A DNA stretch of 32,000 bases. It comes from Breznakia sp. PF5-3. Lineage in GTDB: Bacteria > Bacillota_I > Bacilli_A > Erysipelotrichales > Erysipelotrichaceae. Below the pieces are notes generated by a model. It ran no database searches, was not told where the DNA came from, and saw nothing but the letters and a program-made list of their open reading frames with translations. The position numbers and the translations under genes are program-made. Of this stretch, positions 19,321-27,476 are shown one piece after another (the stretch's first letter is position 1; each line of letters starts with the position of its first letter). Location: positions 1 to 32,000 of the forward strand of contig NZ_JAQFIQ010000001.1 in assembly GCF_029504745.1 (NCBI RefSeq), in the 5' to 3' direction.

Positions 19321-19338
19321 GCATAGATAAATCTATGC
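19321..19338 (+). promoter_or_regulatory. Perfect palindrome abutting the -10 of the transglycosylase promoter (candidate operator)
   Basis: GCATAGAT-AA-ATCTATGC. Its 3' end supplies the TG of the extended -10. Confidence 0.35.
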
Positions 19339-19344
19339 TATAAT
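19336..19344 (+). promoter_or_regulatory. Extended -10 promoter TGCTATAAT positioned for a leaderless transcript
   Basis: TGCTATAAT ends 6 nt before ATG 19351. No SD lies between them. Confidence 0.55.
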
Positions 19345-19350
19345 TTTAGT

Positions 19351-20052
19351 ATGTTTAAAATATTAAGAAGAATTTTATTGGTACTTATTATAGTTTTATT
19401 TATCTTGATAGCTTTTATTGCTGGAGTAGGGTATTTAGGGTATAAGGATGTAACCGATAAAGTCAGTATCGAAGAAAAAGTAAATCAAATACGAAGTGAT
19501 GAAAATTATGTGACTTTGGATGAGATTTCTCAATATATGAAGGATTCAATCATTGCTATTGAAGATCGTAGATTTTATGATCATGGAGGTGTTGATTATT
19601 ATGCTCTTGCACGTAGTGTAGTGGTAAATGTGACAAACCAAGGGAATCAAGGAGGCAGCACATTGACACAACAATTAGCGAAAAACATGTATTTTATGGA
19701 TGATAATACTGGTATTCGTAAAGTTAGTGAGGCTTTTGTAGCGCGCGAGTTAGAACGGAATTATACAAAAGATGAGATTTTGGAGATGTACTTAAATATT
19801 GTGTATTATGGTGATGGCTATTATGGAATATATGATGCAGCAAAAGGGTATTACAATACTCATCCAAAAGATTTGACACTAACACAGGCAAGTGTCTTGG
19901 CGGGGCTTCCACAAGCACCTTCTGTATATGCATTGAGTAATAAAAATGAGATTACGAAGGATCGCCAAAAACAAGTCATCAAATCAATGTTAGAGTTAAA
20001 TATGATAACCAAACGTGAATATGAAGAAGCGATGAATGCAGAGATATATTAA
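19351..20052 (+). CDS. Monofunctional peptidoglycan glycosyltransferase (GT51 family)
   Basis: N-terminal TM anchor and GT51 motifs (AIEDRRFYDHGGVD, GGSTLTQQLAKN, RK..E......LE..Y.K.EILE.YLN). Confidence 0.9.
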   Translation: MFKILRRILLVLIIVLFILIAFIAGVGYLGYKDVTDKVSIEEKVNQIRSDENYVTLDEISQYMKDSIIAIEDRRFYDHGGVDYYALARSVVVNVTNQGNQGGSTLTQQLAKNMYFMDDNTGIRKVSEAFVARELERNYTKDEILEMYLNIVYYGDGYYGIYDAAKGYYNTHPKDLTLTQASVLAGLPQAPSVYALSNKNEITKDRQKQVIKSMLELNMITKREYEEAMNAEIY

Positions 20053-20062
20053 GGAGTAAATT

Positions 20063-20119
20063 ATGAAAACAATTATTGATATAAAAAATTATAATAAAAA
20101 TAATTATAGAGAAAAGTGA
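20063..20119 (+). CDS. Candidate 18-codon leader ORF (MKTIIDIKNYNKNNYREK) upstream of the ABC exporter pair
   Basis: AAGGAG (20051-20056), a 6-nt spacer, then ATG 20063, with stop TGA at 20117-20119. The support is only SD geometry and position. Confidence 0.25.
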   Translation: MKTIIDIKNYNKNNYREK

Positions 20120-20124
20120 AGAAT

Positions 20125-20160
20125 AGATAAGTTTTCGTTCATAGGGAAGAGAATTTATCT
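20125..20160 (+). promoter_or_regulatory. Leader stem-loop between the small ORF and the ABC exporter SD
   Basis: AGATAAGTTTTC pairs with GAAGAATTTATCT, giving 12 bp including two G.U pairs and a 12-nt loop. The stem starts 5 nt after the leader stop and ends 7 nt before GGAGGG. No U-tract follows. Confidence 0.3.
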
Positions 20161-20177
20161 TACATATGGAGGGAAAC

Positions 20178-21926
20178 ATGAAAATATTTAAACATTTATC
20201 TTGGTTTTTTAAACAAGAGAAAAAAGCCTATATCAGTGGAATTTTTGCACTGTTTATCATTGCTGTTATAAATTTAATTCCACCCAAGATTATGGGTGAT
20301 ATGATTGATGAGATATCATCAAAATCTTTAACCAAGGAGTCGTTGATCATTTCGATTGTTATTTTATTGGTGAATGCTGCTCTTATTTTTGTCATGCGTT
20401 ACGTATGGAGAATATGTATTTTTGGGGCTGCATTTCGATTAGAGAGAATTTTACGATTGCGTTTATTTGAACATTTTACTAAAATGTCAGCTAGTTTTTT
20501 TCAAAAATATCGCGTTGGTGATTTGATGGCTCATGCAACCAATGATTTAAAGTCTATTCAACGTGTTGCAGGAGCTGGGGTATTGCAATTTGCTGATGCT
20601 GTTATGACAGGTTGTTCAGTGTTGTTTGCGATGATGTTTGGTATTCATTTTAAATTAACATTAATTACTTTGTTGCCAATGCCACTTATGATTATTGGAT
20701 CACAGTTATTAAGCAAACGTTTGCATACAACGTTTACGGTTGCTCAACAAGCGTTTTCTAGTATGAACAATCGTGTTCATGAGAGTATTACTGGAGTGAA
20801 GGTTACAAAGACTTTTGGTCAAGAAAAGGAAGAAGTAGAAAAGTTCCATGATGAGACAATGGATGTTTATAAAAAAAATATGAAAGTTGTTATCTATGAT
20901 GCAGGGTTCGATCCATTAATTGAAGTTATTGTTGTATTATGCTATATTTTCTTATTTGTTTTTGGGGCTCAATTTATTCAATCAGGAGAAATTACAGTAG
21001 GAAATTTGGTAACATTGGTAAACTATATGAATATGTTAATTTGGCCAATGTTAGCTTTTGGCTTTTTATACAATACAATTGAAAGAGGAAATGTCTCTTA
21101 TGAACGAATTCAAAATTTGCTTATTATTAAACCTGATATTAAAGATAAAGAAAACGCAATCGATGAAGTACCTAGTGGTAATATAGAGTTTGAAGTAAAA
21201 AAATTCACATATGATCCAAAGTTGAAGCCAGTTCTTCAAGATATTATATTTACACTTCCCCAAGGTGAAACATTAGGGGTTGTAGGTAAAACAGGAGCAG
21301 GAAAGACAACGTTAATAAAACTTCTATTGCGAGAATATGATCATTATCAGGGTACGATTATTTTTGGCAGTCATGAAATCAATGATTATAAATTAAATAG
21401 TTATCATGCTGCAATAGGTTATGTACCACAAGATCAATTTTTATTTTCTTCAACAATTGAAGATAATATTCGTTTTGGAAATACGCATGCAAGTCATGAA
21501 GATGTAATTGCAGCTGCCAAAATGGCTGCCGTACATGACGACATTATTGGCTTCTCTGAAGGATATGATACGGTTATTGGGGAGCGTGGAGTATCTTTGT
21601 CAGGCGGTCAAAAACAACGAATTGCCATTGCTAGGGCATTGATATTAAACCCTGAAGTGTTAATATTGGATGATTCTTTATCAGCAGTAGATGCCAAAAC
21701 GGAAGAAATGATTCTTGAAGCGTTGAAAGAAAATCGCAAAGGAAAAACAACTATTATTGTGGCACATCGATTTAGTGCAATTAAGCATTCACATCTTATT
21801 TTAGTAATGGATGAAGGAAAAATAGTAGAACGTGGAATCCATGATGAATTAATTACTAAAGATGGTTGGTATGGAAAAATTTATGATCAACAAGAGCTAT
21901 ATGAAGGAGGGGAGCATCATGAATAA
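20178..21926 (+). CDS. ABC exporter half-transporter (TMD-NBD), subunit with non-canonical Walker B (DD)
   Basis: Six-TM type I exporter domain, Walker A GKTGAGKT, canonical LSGGQ, and Walker B LILDDS where Asp replaces the catalytic Glu. The start is moved to ATG 20178, preceded by GGAGGG. Confidence 0.9.
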   Translation: MKIFKHLSWFFKQEKKAYISGIFALFIIAVINLIPPKIMGDMIDEISSKSLTKESLIISIVILLVNAALIFVMRYVWRICIFGAAFRLERILRLRLFEHFTKMSASFFQKYRVGDLMAHATNDLKSIQRVAGAGVLQFADAVMTGCSVLFAMMFGIHFKLTLITLLPMPLMIIGSQLLSKRLHTTFTVAQQAFSSMNNRVHESITGVKVTKTFGQEKEEVEKFHDETMDVYKKNMKVVIYDAGFDPLIEVIVVLCYIFLFVFGAQFIQSGEITVGNLVTLVNYMNMLIWPMLAFGFLYNTIERGNVSYERIQNLLIIKPDIKDKENAIDEVPSGNIEFEVKKFTYDPKLKPVLQDIIFTLPQGETLGVVGKTGAGKTTLIKLLLREYDHYQGTIIFGSHEINDYKLNSYHAAIGYVPQDQFLFSSTIEDNIRFGNTHASHEDVIAAAKMAAVHDDIIGFSEGYDTVIGERGVSLSGGQKQRIAIARALILNPEVLILDDSLSAVDAKTEEMILEALKENRKGKTTIIVAHRFSAIKHSHLILVMDEGKIVERGIHDELITKDGWYGKIYDQQELYEGGEHHE

Positions 21927-23706
21927 TTATGATAAAGAAACCTTCACTGCAAAAGAACAGTTATCTGTTCTTTTACGGTTGCTTCGTTATTTAAAACCTT
22001 ATAAGGGACTTGTATTTCTTGCCTTTGTTACGGTTATCTTCGCTACTGTATTTAGTTTGCTTGGTCCAATGGTTATAAAAGATATCGTTGATACTGCTTT
22101 TGTTGATGATATGGTAAAGATGGATATTGTTTATCAGAAAATCGCTTTGTATGCTGGTGTTATTTTAGCATTTGCTTTATTTCGATATTTACAAACATAT
22201 CAATTTAATAATATTGGTTTTAAAGTTAGTCAGAATATGCGTGTGGAATTATATAAGAAATTGCAGAATATGGGAATGCGTTATTTTGATCAAACTCCAG
22301 CTGGCAGTATCGTTTCTAGAGTTACAAATGATACCGAAGCAATCCAAGATATGTTGAACAATGTATTGGCAGTTATTGTATCTAGTATTATTTTAATTAT
22401 TGGAATTATGATTGCTATGTTACTTTTAGATGTTACAATGGCACTTATTTGTTTTTTGTTTTTGCCAGTAGCAATTTTTGTTATTTATTTATATCAAAAA
22501 TATAGTACAAAGTTTTATTTAATTGCTAGAGATCGTTTATCACAATTAAATACGAGATTAGCAGAATCTATTTCAGGTATGAATATTATTCAACTGTTTA
22601 ATCAGCAAAAACGAATCAGCGATGAATTTGAAGAAACTAATAAAGAATATTATGATGCTAGTATGAAAAATGTTCGTTTGGATGGAATTTTATTAGCACC
22701 AACAATACAATTGTTAACAGCATTAGCATTAGCAATCTTATTTTCATATACAGGACTTAACTCTTTGTATGGAAGTGTATCTGTTGGAGTGGTTGTTGCC
22801 TTTATTGAATATGTTTATCGTTACTTTGATCCAATGTTTCAAATTATGGAGCGGTTGTCTATTTATCAACAAGCGATTGTTTCAGCATATCGTGTATTTA
22901 AAATTTTGGATCATGAAGAATTGACACCCCAACAAAATGAAAATGCTTCAGGAAGTATCAAAGAAGCAAAAATTGAGTTTAAAAATGTTTCTTTTTCGTA
23001 TGATGGTGAAAAAGAAGTGCTTACAAATATTTCTTTTGAGGTGAATCCTGGGGAAACCATTGCTCTTGTGGGTCATACAGGAAGTGGTAAAAGTAGTATT
23101 ATTAATGTAATGATGAGGTTTTATGAATTTTATCAAGGTGAAATTTTAATTGATGGAAAATCGATTAAAGATTATCCAATTGAAGAATTACGTTCTAAAA
23201 TGGGATTGGTTTTACAAGATCCGTTTATGTTTTATGGAACTATTAATGACAATATACGTTTACAAAATAAAAATATTAGTGATCATGATATTCGCAAAGC
23301 ATGTGAGTTTGTCCAAGCAGATACATTTATTAATCAATTAAGTGATGGATATGAACATCGTGTTATTGAAAGAGGTTCTTCTTTCTCAACTGGACAAAAA
23401 CAGTTGCTTGCCTTTGCAAGGACAATTGTTACCAATCCTAAGATATTGATTTTAGATGAGGCTACAGCAAATATTGATACGGAGACAGAGGTTTTGATTC
23501 AAGAAGGGCTGGAACGTATTAGAAGAGGTAGAACAAGCATTGCAATTGCACATCGTCTTTCAACGATCAAAGATGCAAATAAAATATTAGTGTTGGATAA
23601 AGGTAAAATTGTTGAACAAGGGACACATGATGAGTTGTTATCGCAAAAGGGTACATATTATATGATGTATCAATTACAAAAAAGTGAAGAAAATGATAAT
23701 TTGTAA
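21919..23706 (+). CDS. ABC exporter half-transporter (TMD-NBD), subunit with degenerate signature motif (FSTGQ)
   Basis: Walker A GHTGSGKS, Walker B ILILDEAT (canonical), and signature FSTGQ instead of LSGGQ. The start is moved to ATG 21919, which overlaps the upstream stop by 8 nt. AGGAGG lies 8 nt upstream. Confidence 0.9.
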   Translation: MNNYDKETFTAKEQLSVLLRLLRYLKPYKGLVFLAFVTVIFATVFSLLGPMVIKDIVDTAFVDDMVKMDIVYQKIALYAGVILAFALFRYLQTYQFNNIGFKVSQNMRVELYKKLQNMGMRYFDQTPAGSIVSRVTNDTEAIQDMLNNVLAVIVSSIILIIGIMIAMLLLDVTMALICFLFLPVAIFVIYLYQKYSTKFYLIARDRLSQLNTRLAESISGMNIIQLFNQQKRISDEFEETNKEYYDASMKNVRLDGILLAPTIQLLTALALAILFSYTGLNSLYGSVSVGVVVAFIEYVYRYFDPMFQIMERLSIYQQAIVSAYRVFKILDHEELTPQQNENASGSIKEAKIEFKNVSFSYDGEKEVLTNISFEVNPGETIALVGHTGSGKSSIINVMMRFYEFYQGEILIDGKSIKDYPIEELRSKMGLVLQDPFMFYGTINDNIRLQNKNISDHDIRKACEFVQADTFINQLSDGYEHRVIERGSSFSTGQKQLLAFARTIVTNPKILILDEATANIDTETEVLIQEGLERIRRGRTSIAIAHRLSTIKDANKILVLDKGKIVEQGTHDELLSQKGTYYMMYQLQKSEENDNL

Positions 23707-23729
23707 AGCTGTATTTATTTTATATCTAT

Positions 23730-23759
23730 AAAAAAACACATTATAGAATGTGTTTTTTT
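23730..23759. terminator. Bidirectional terminator between the ABC operon and the HAD hydrolase gene
   Basis: AAAAAAACACATT-ATAG-AATGTGTTTTTTT. Confidence 0.85.
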
Positions 23760-23770
23760 GTGAATGAAAT

Positions 23771-24610
23771 TTAAATTTTTAAATATTTTTCTAATGCATA
23801 AGCGATTCCATCATCTTCGTTACCTAGAGTAACAAATGTAGCAATTGCTTTAAGTTCGTCAACAGCATTTTCCATTGCTACACCAATTTCAGCATATTCA
23901 ATCATTGATATATCATTGTGTCCATCACCGAATGCAATAGTTTCGTCTTGTTTGATTCCCATTGGCGGCAATACGCTATCTAATGCTTTTGCTTTATCAA
24001 TTCCTTTTGCTGTGAATTCATAAAAGAAATCGGCAGTGAACATACAATTTAGGGAATCTTTAAACGGTTCACTCATTGCTTGATAATGCTCTTTTAAATA
24101 AGCGGGGTCAGCAGCAGTTAAAATTTTGTTGATATCATAATCTAAGAAAGCAGCTAAGTCATCTTTTTCGCATAATTTGTAATTACCACCACGAGATTCA
24201 TATTGGATGATATTTATATCCTTTCCTTGATATTTAATCCAACAATTATATACATCATTTACATACATATAATCATCTTTATCAATCATTGGTATCACAT
24301 TGAATTTCTTTAAATGTTCTAAAACTGCTTTTCCTTCATTGATGCTCATCGCTTTATTAAAAACTACTTCTTGAGTTTGGCAATCGATAACTTTTGCCCC
24401 ATTGTAGGAAATAAGTAATCCATGATATTTTTCCATTTCTAACATTTTCGCGTAGATCATCATACCACTTGTAGGCCTACCAGATGCTAATATTAGTTTG
24501 ATACCTTTTTTTTGTGCTTCCATAAGACAATCATGGGTACGTTTTGTTATTGTTTTTTCACTATTTAATAGCGTTCCATCGATATCCAATATAATTGCTT
24601 TAATACTCAT
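23771..24610 (-). CDS. Cof-type HAD-IIB family hydrolase (sugar phosphatase-like)
   Basis: Motif I is ILDIDGTLL, and motif IV is GDGHND. The cap-domain size is typical of the Cof/YidA subfamily. SD is GGAGG. Confidence 0.85.
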   Translation of the reverse strand: MSIKAIILDIDGTLLNSEKTITKRTHDCLMEAQKKGIKLILASGRPTSGMMIYAKMLEMEKYHGLLISYNGAKVIDCQTQEVVFNKAMSINEGKAVLEHLKKFNVIPMIDKDDYMYVNDVYNCWIKYQGKDINIIQYESRGGNYKLCEKDDLAAFLDYDINKILTAADPAYLKEHYQAMSEPFKDSLNCMFTADFFYEFTAKGIDKAKALDSVLPPMGIKQDETIAFGDGHNDISMIEYAEIGVAMENAVDELKAIATFVTLGNEDDGIAYALEKYLKI

Positions 24611-24633
24611 ATAATAACCTCCATATACTCTTG

Positions 24634-24642
24634 ATTATATCA
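24634..24642 (-). promoter_or_regulatory. Candidate extended -10 promoter (TGATATAAT) for the HAD hydrolase gene
   Basis: The reverse complement of 24634-24642 reads TGATATAAT. It lies downstream of the plsY terminator and 24 nt upstream of the ATG. Confidence 0.4.
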
Positions 24643-24660
24643 TCATTAAAATAGAAAGCA

Positions 24661-24737
24661 TGAAAAAAATAAAAATTGATACAAATTTCTTATAGTCTAC
24701 TTATTGTATTTATGACTTTGAGAAATTTGTATCAATT
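24661..24737 (-). terminator. Long-stem rho-independent terminator of plsY
   Basis: Perfect 17-bp arms (AATTGATACAAATTTCT / AGAAATTTGTATCAATT) separated by 30 nt that contain an inner AGTC/GACT pairing. On the minus strand the hairpin is followed by TTTATTTTTTT. Confidence 0.75.
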
Positions 24738-24753
24738 GAGATAACACATATAA

Positions 24754-25398
24754 TTATTTCTTTTTTGTTAGCCAGCTTACTTTTGCTTCATCGCCATTAA
24801 GGATTCGTTTGATATTTGCTGAATGGCGGAAAATAATCAATAATGTCAACAAGAAACTAGCCACTTGTGCTGATGTATATTCCGTAATAAACAAGATATA
24901 TATTGTTTGTGTAATTGCTGCACAAATGGAAGCAAGAGACACCATCTTAAATAAGAATAAGACAATTAAGAAAATTGCTAGGGGAATAAATAGCATCCAT
25001 GGATCTTGAAATGTGAAAATAGAACACGATAACAAGAACCCAAACATAGTAGCTACAGCTTTTCCTCCGCGGAAACCTGCGAAAATTGGATAACAATGTC
25101 CAACAGCTGCAAAAAGACCAGCCCATATGGACACGACAGGATCAAAAAGCCAGGCAACAATTGCAGAAGCTAAGACAACTTTTAAGACATCTAAAGCAAT
25201 TACGGCGATAGCCGCTTTTTTTCCTAAGACTCGTCCGGCATTGCTTCCACCTAAATTTCCCGAACCATATTCCCGAACATCGGTATTATAGAATAGTTTT
25301 CCAATCACTAAAGCAAACGGTATGGAACCTAGAAAATAACCGATAAAAACTGCATAAATGATATGTAAATACATTGGATGTATATCAAAATTTGTCAT
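24754..25398 (-). CDS. plsY: Glycerol-3-phosphate acyltransferase PlsY
   Basis: GSGN.G..N..R..G motif in a multi-TM protein of about 215 aa, with conserved plsY-parE-parC neighbourhood. The start is moved to ATG 25398, preceded by GAGGTG. Confidence 0.92.
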   Translation of the reverse strand: MTNFDIHPMYLHIIYAVFIGYFLGSIPFALVIGKLFYNTDVREYGSGNLGGSNAGRVLGKKAAIAVIALDVLKVVLASAIVAWLFDPVVSIWAGLFAAVGHCYPIFAGFRGGKAVATMFGFLLSCSIFTFQDPWMLFIPLAIFLIVLFLFKMVSLASICAAITQTIYILFITEYTSAQVASFLLTLLIIFRHSANIKRILNGDEAKVSWLTKKK

Positions 25399-25423
25399 AA
25401 CCAACACCTCAATCTAGGCTACT

Positions 25424-25432
25424 ATTGTAACA
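25424..25432 (-). promoter_or_regulatory. Candidate extended -10 promoter (TGTTACAAT) for plsY
   Basis: The reverse complement of 25424-25432 reads TGTTACAAT, 26 nt upstream of the plsY ATG. Confidence 0.45.
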
Positions 25433-25488
25433 TAGTTTTATAAGAATTGAAAAGATATATAATTCTTAATTTAAATGTTTATAATAAA

Positions 25489-25517
25489 TTGATAATCACC
25501 CTTTTTTTTGGTAGAAT
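25489..25517 (+). promoter_or_regulatory. SigA-type promoter of parE-parC
   Basis: -35 TTGATA (25489-25494), a 17-nt spacer, and extended -10 TGGTAGAAT (25509-25517). Confidence 0.6.
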
Positions 25518-25553
25518 AGATAAGTATTGAAGCCTTAAAAAAGGGGTGTAGTG

Positions 25554-27476
25554 ATGGCAGAAAAAAAGTATGATGGTAGTAGTATACAAATATTAGAGGG
25601 TCTTGATGCAGTACGTAAAAGACCTGGGATGTATATTGGTTCTACCGACGGCAGAGGGTTGCATCATTTAGTCTGGGAAATTGTGGATAATGCAATTGAT
25701 GAAGCACTAAATGGATATGGGAATAAAATAAAAATAACAATCTTAGAGGATGGTTCTCTTTGTGTTGAAGATAGTGGGCGAGGAATGCCTGTGGATAAAC
25801 ACGTATCAGGAAAATCTTCTTTAGAAGTAATCTTTACCGTTCTTCATGCTGGAGGAAAATTCAGTGAAGAAGGCGGATATAAAACAAGTGGAGGATTGCA
25901 TGGTGTTGGAGCTAGTGTTGTAAATGCCTTAAGTAGCTATGTTGATGTTGAAGTATATCTTAATGGTAAAATATACACAATGCATTTTAAAGATGGTGGA
26001 AGTAAAGTAAGCAAACTAGAGGTAATTGGAAAGACGACCAAACGAGGAAGTAAGGTAACTTTTATGCCTGACGCTAGTATTTTTTCTACGGTTGATTTTT
26101 CGTTTAGTCAAATTTGTGAACGTGCAAGAGAAAGTGCTTTTTTATTAAAAGGAATTTCTCTTGAAGTTACAGATTTACGAAATGATAAACAAGAAGTTTA
26201 TTGCTTTGAAAATGGTTTAGAAGATTTTATGAATTATTTACATGATGATAAACAAGTATTTCATAAACCAGTTTCTTTTAGTGGAGCAGGAAGTAATGGG
26301 ATTACAGTAGACTGTGCATTTCAATATATTGATGAATATCAAGAAAATATGTTTTCTTTTGTAAATATGGTTCGTACGAAAGATGGAGGAACACATGAAG
26401 TAGGTGCTCGTGGTGCTTTCACTAAAGTCTTCAATGAATATGCGCGACGCAATGGTTTGTTAAAGGATAAAGATAAGAATTTTGAAGGTAGTGATGTTCG
26501 AGAAGGACTTACAGTTATTTTATCTTTGGGAATCCCTGAAACGCTTCTTCAATTCGAAGGACAAACAAAAGGGAAGTTGGGTACCCCAGAAGCAAGAACG
26601 GTTGTTGATAATATTGTTAGTGAAAAGTTAACATTCTTTTTAGAGGAAAATAAAGAATTGGCAATTACACTTGTGAAAAAGATGCAACGTGCTTCACAAG
26701 CTCGTGAAGCAGCACGTAAAGCACGAAATGAAGCACGAAGTGGAAAAAACAGAGGAAAAACAGAAAAGATTTTATCTGGAAAGTTAGCAAATGCACAAAG
26801 CAAGGATGCTCGTAAAAAAGAACTTTATCTAGTCGAAGGAGATTCGGCTGGTGGTAGTGCTAAACAAGGAAGAGATTCTAAATATCAAGCCATTTTACCA
26901 CTGCGAGGAAAAGTATTGAATACGGAAAAAGCAAGCATTACAAGTATTGAAAAGAATGAAGAGTTAAATACGATCATTCATGCTATTGGTGCTGGAGTCG
27001 GTGCTAATTTTAATGTGGATGATGTAAATTATCATAAAGTAATAATTATGACAGATGCGGATACAGATGGTGCACATATCCAAGTATTGCTTTTAACTTT
27101 CTTTTATCGTTATATGCGTGAATTGGTGGATAATGGAATGGTGTATATTGCACTTCCACCACTATATAAATTAGAAAAAGGAAAAGATATTGTATATATT
27201 TGGGATGAAAAAGAATTAGAAGAAAATCGCTCAGCTTACAAAGGATATAGCTTACAACGTTACAAAGGACTTGGTGAAATGAATGCGGATCAACTTTGGG
27301 ATACGACAATGAATCCTGACACCAGAACATTAATCCAAGTAAATATTGAGAATATTTTGAGTGCAGAAAAAAAGGTAAGTATTTTGATGGGGGATAAACC
27401 AGACTTACGACGTGATTGGATTGAGAATAATGTGTCTTTTACTATGGAAGATGATTTTGCGAAGGAGGTAAAATAA
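25554..27476 (+). CDS. parE: DNA topoisomerase IV subunit B
   Basis: GHKL ATPase and Toprim motifs (LEGL.AVRKRPGMYIGS, EL.LVEGDSAGGSAKQGRD, PL.GK.LN). It is paired with a ParC-type A subunit and adjacent to plsY. The start ATG 25554 follows AAGGGGTG. Confidence 0.9.
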   Translation: MAEKKYDGSSIQILEGLDAVRKRPGMYIGSTDGRGLHHLVWEIVDNAIDEALNGYGNKIKITILEDGSLCVEDSGRGMPVDKHVSGKSSLEVIFTVLHAGGKFSEEGGYKTSGGLHGVGASVVNALSSYVDVEVYLNGKIYTMHFKDGGSKVSKLEVIGKTTKRGSKVTFMPDASIFSTVDFSFSQICERARESAFLLKGISLEVTDLRNDKQEVYCFENGLEDFMNYLHDDKQVFHKPVSFSGAGSNGITVDCAFQYIDEYQENMFSFVNMVRTKDGGTHEVGARGAFTKVFNEYARRNGLLKDKDKNFEGSDVREGLTVILSLGIPETLLQFEGQTKGKLGTPEARTVVDNIVSEKLTFFLEENKELAITLVKKMQRASQAREAARKARNEARSGKNRGKTEKILSGKLANAQSKDARKKELYLVEGDSAGGSAKQGRDSKYQAILPLRGKVLNTEKASITSIEKNEELNTIIHAIGAGVGANFNVDDVNYHKVIIMTDADTDGAHIQVLLLTFFYRYMRELVDNGMVYIALPPLYKLEKGKDIVYIWDEKELEENRSAYKGYSLQRYKGLGEMNADQLWDTTMNPDTRTLIQVNIENILSAEKKVSILMGDKPDLRRDWIENNVSFTMEDDFAKEVK

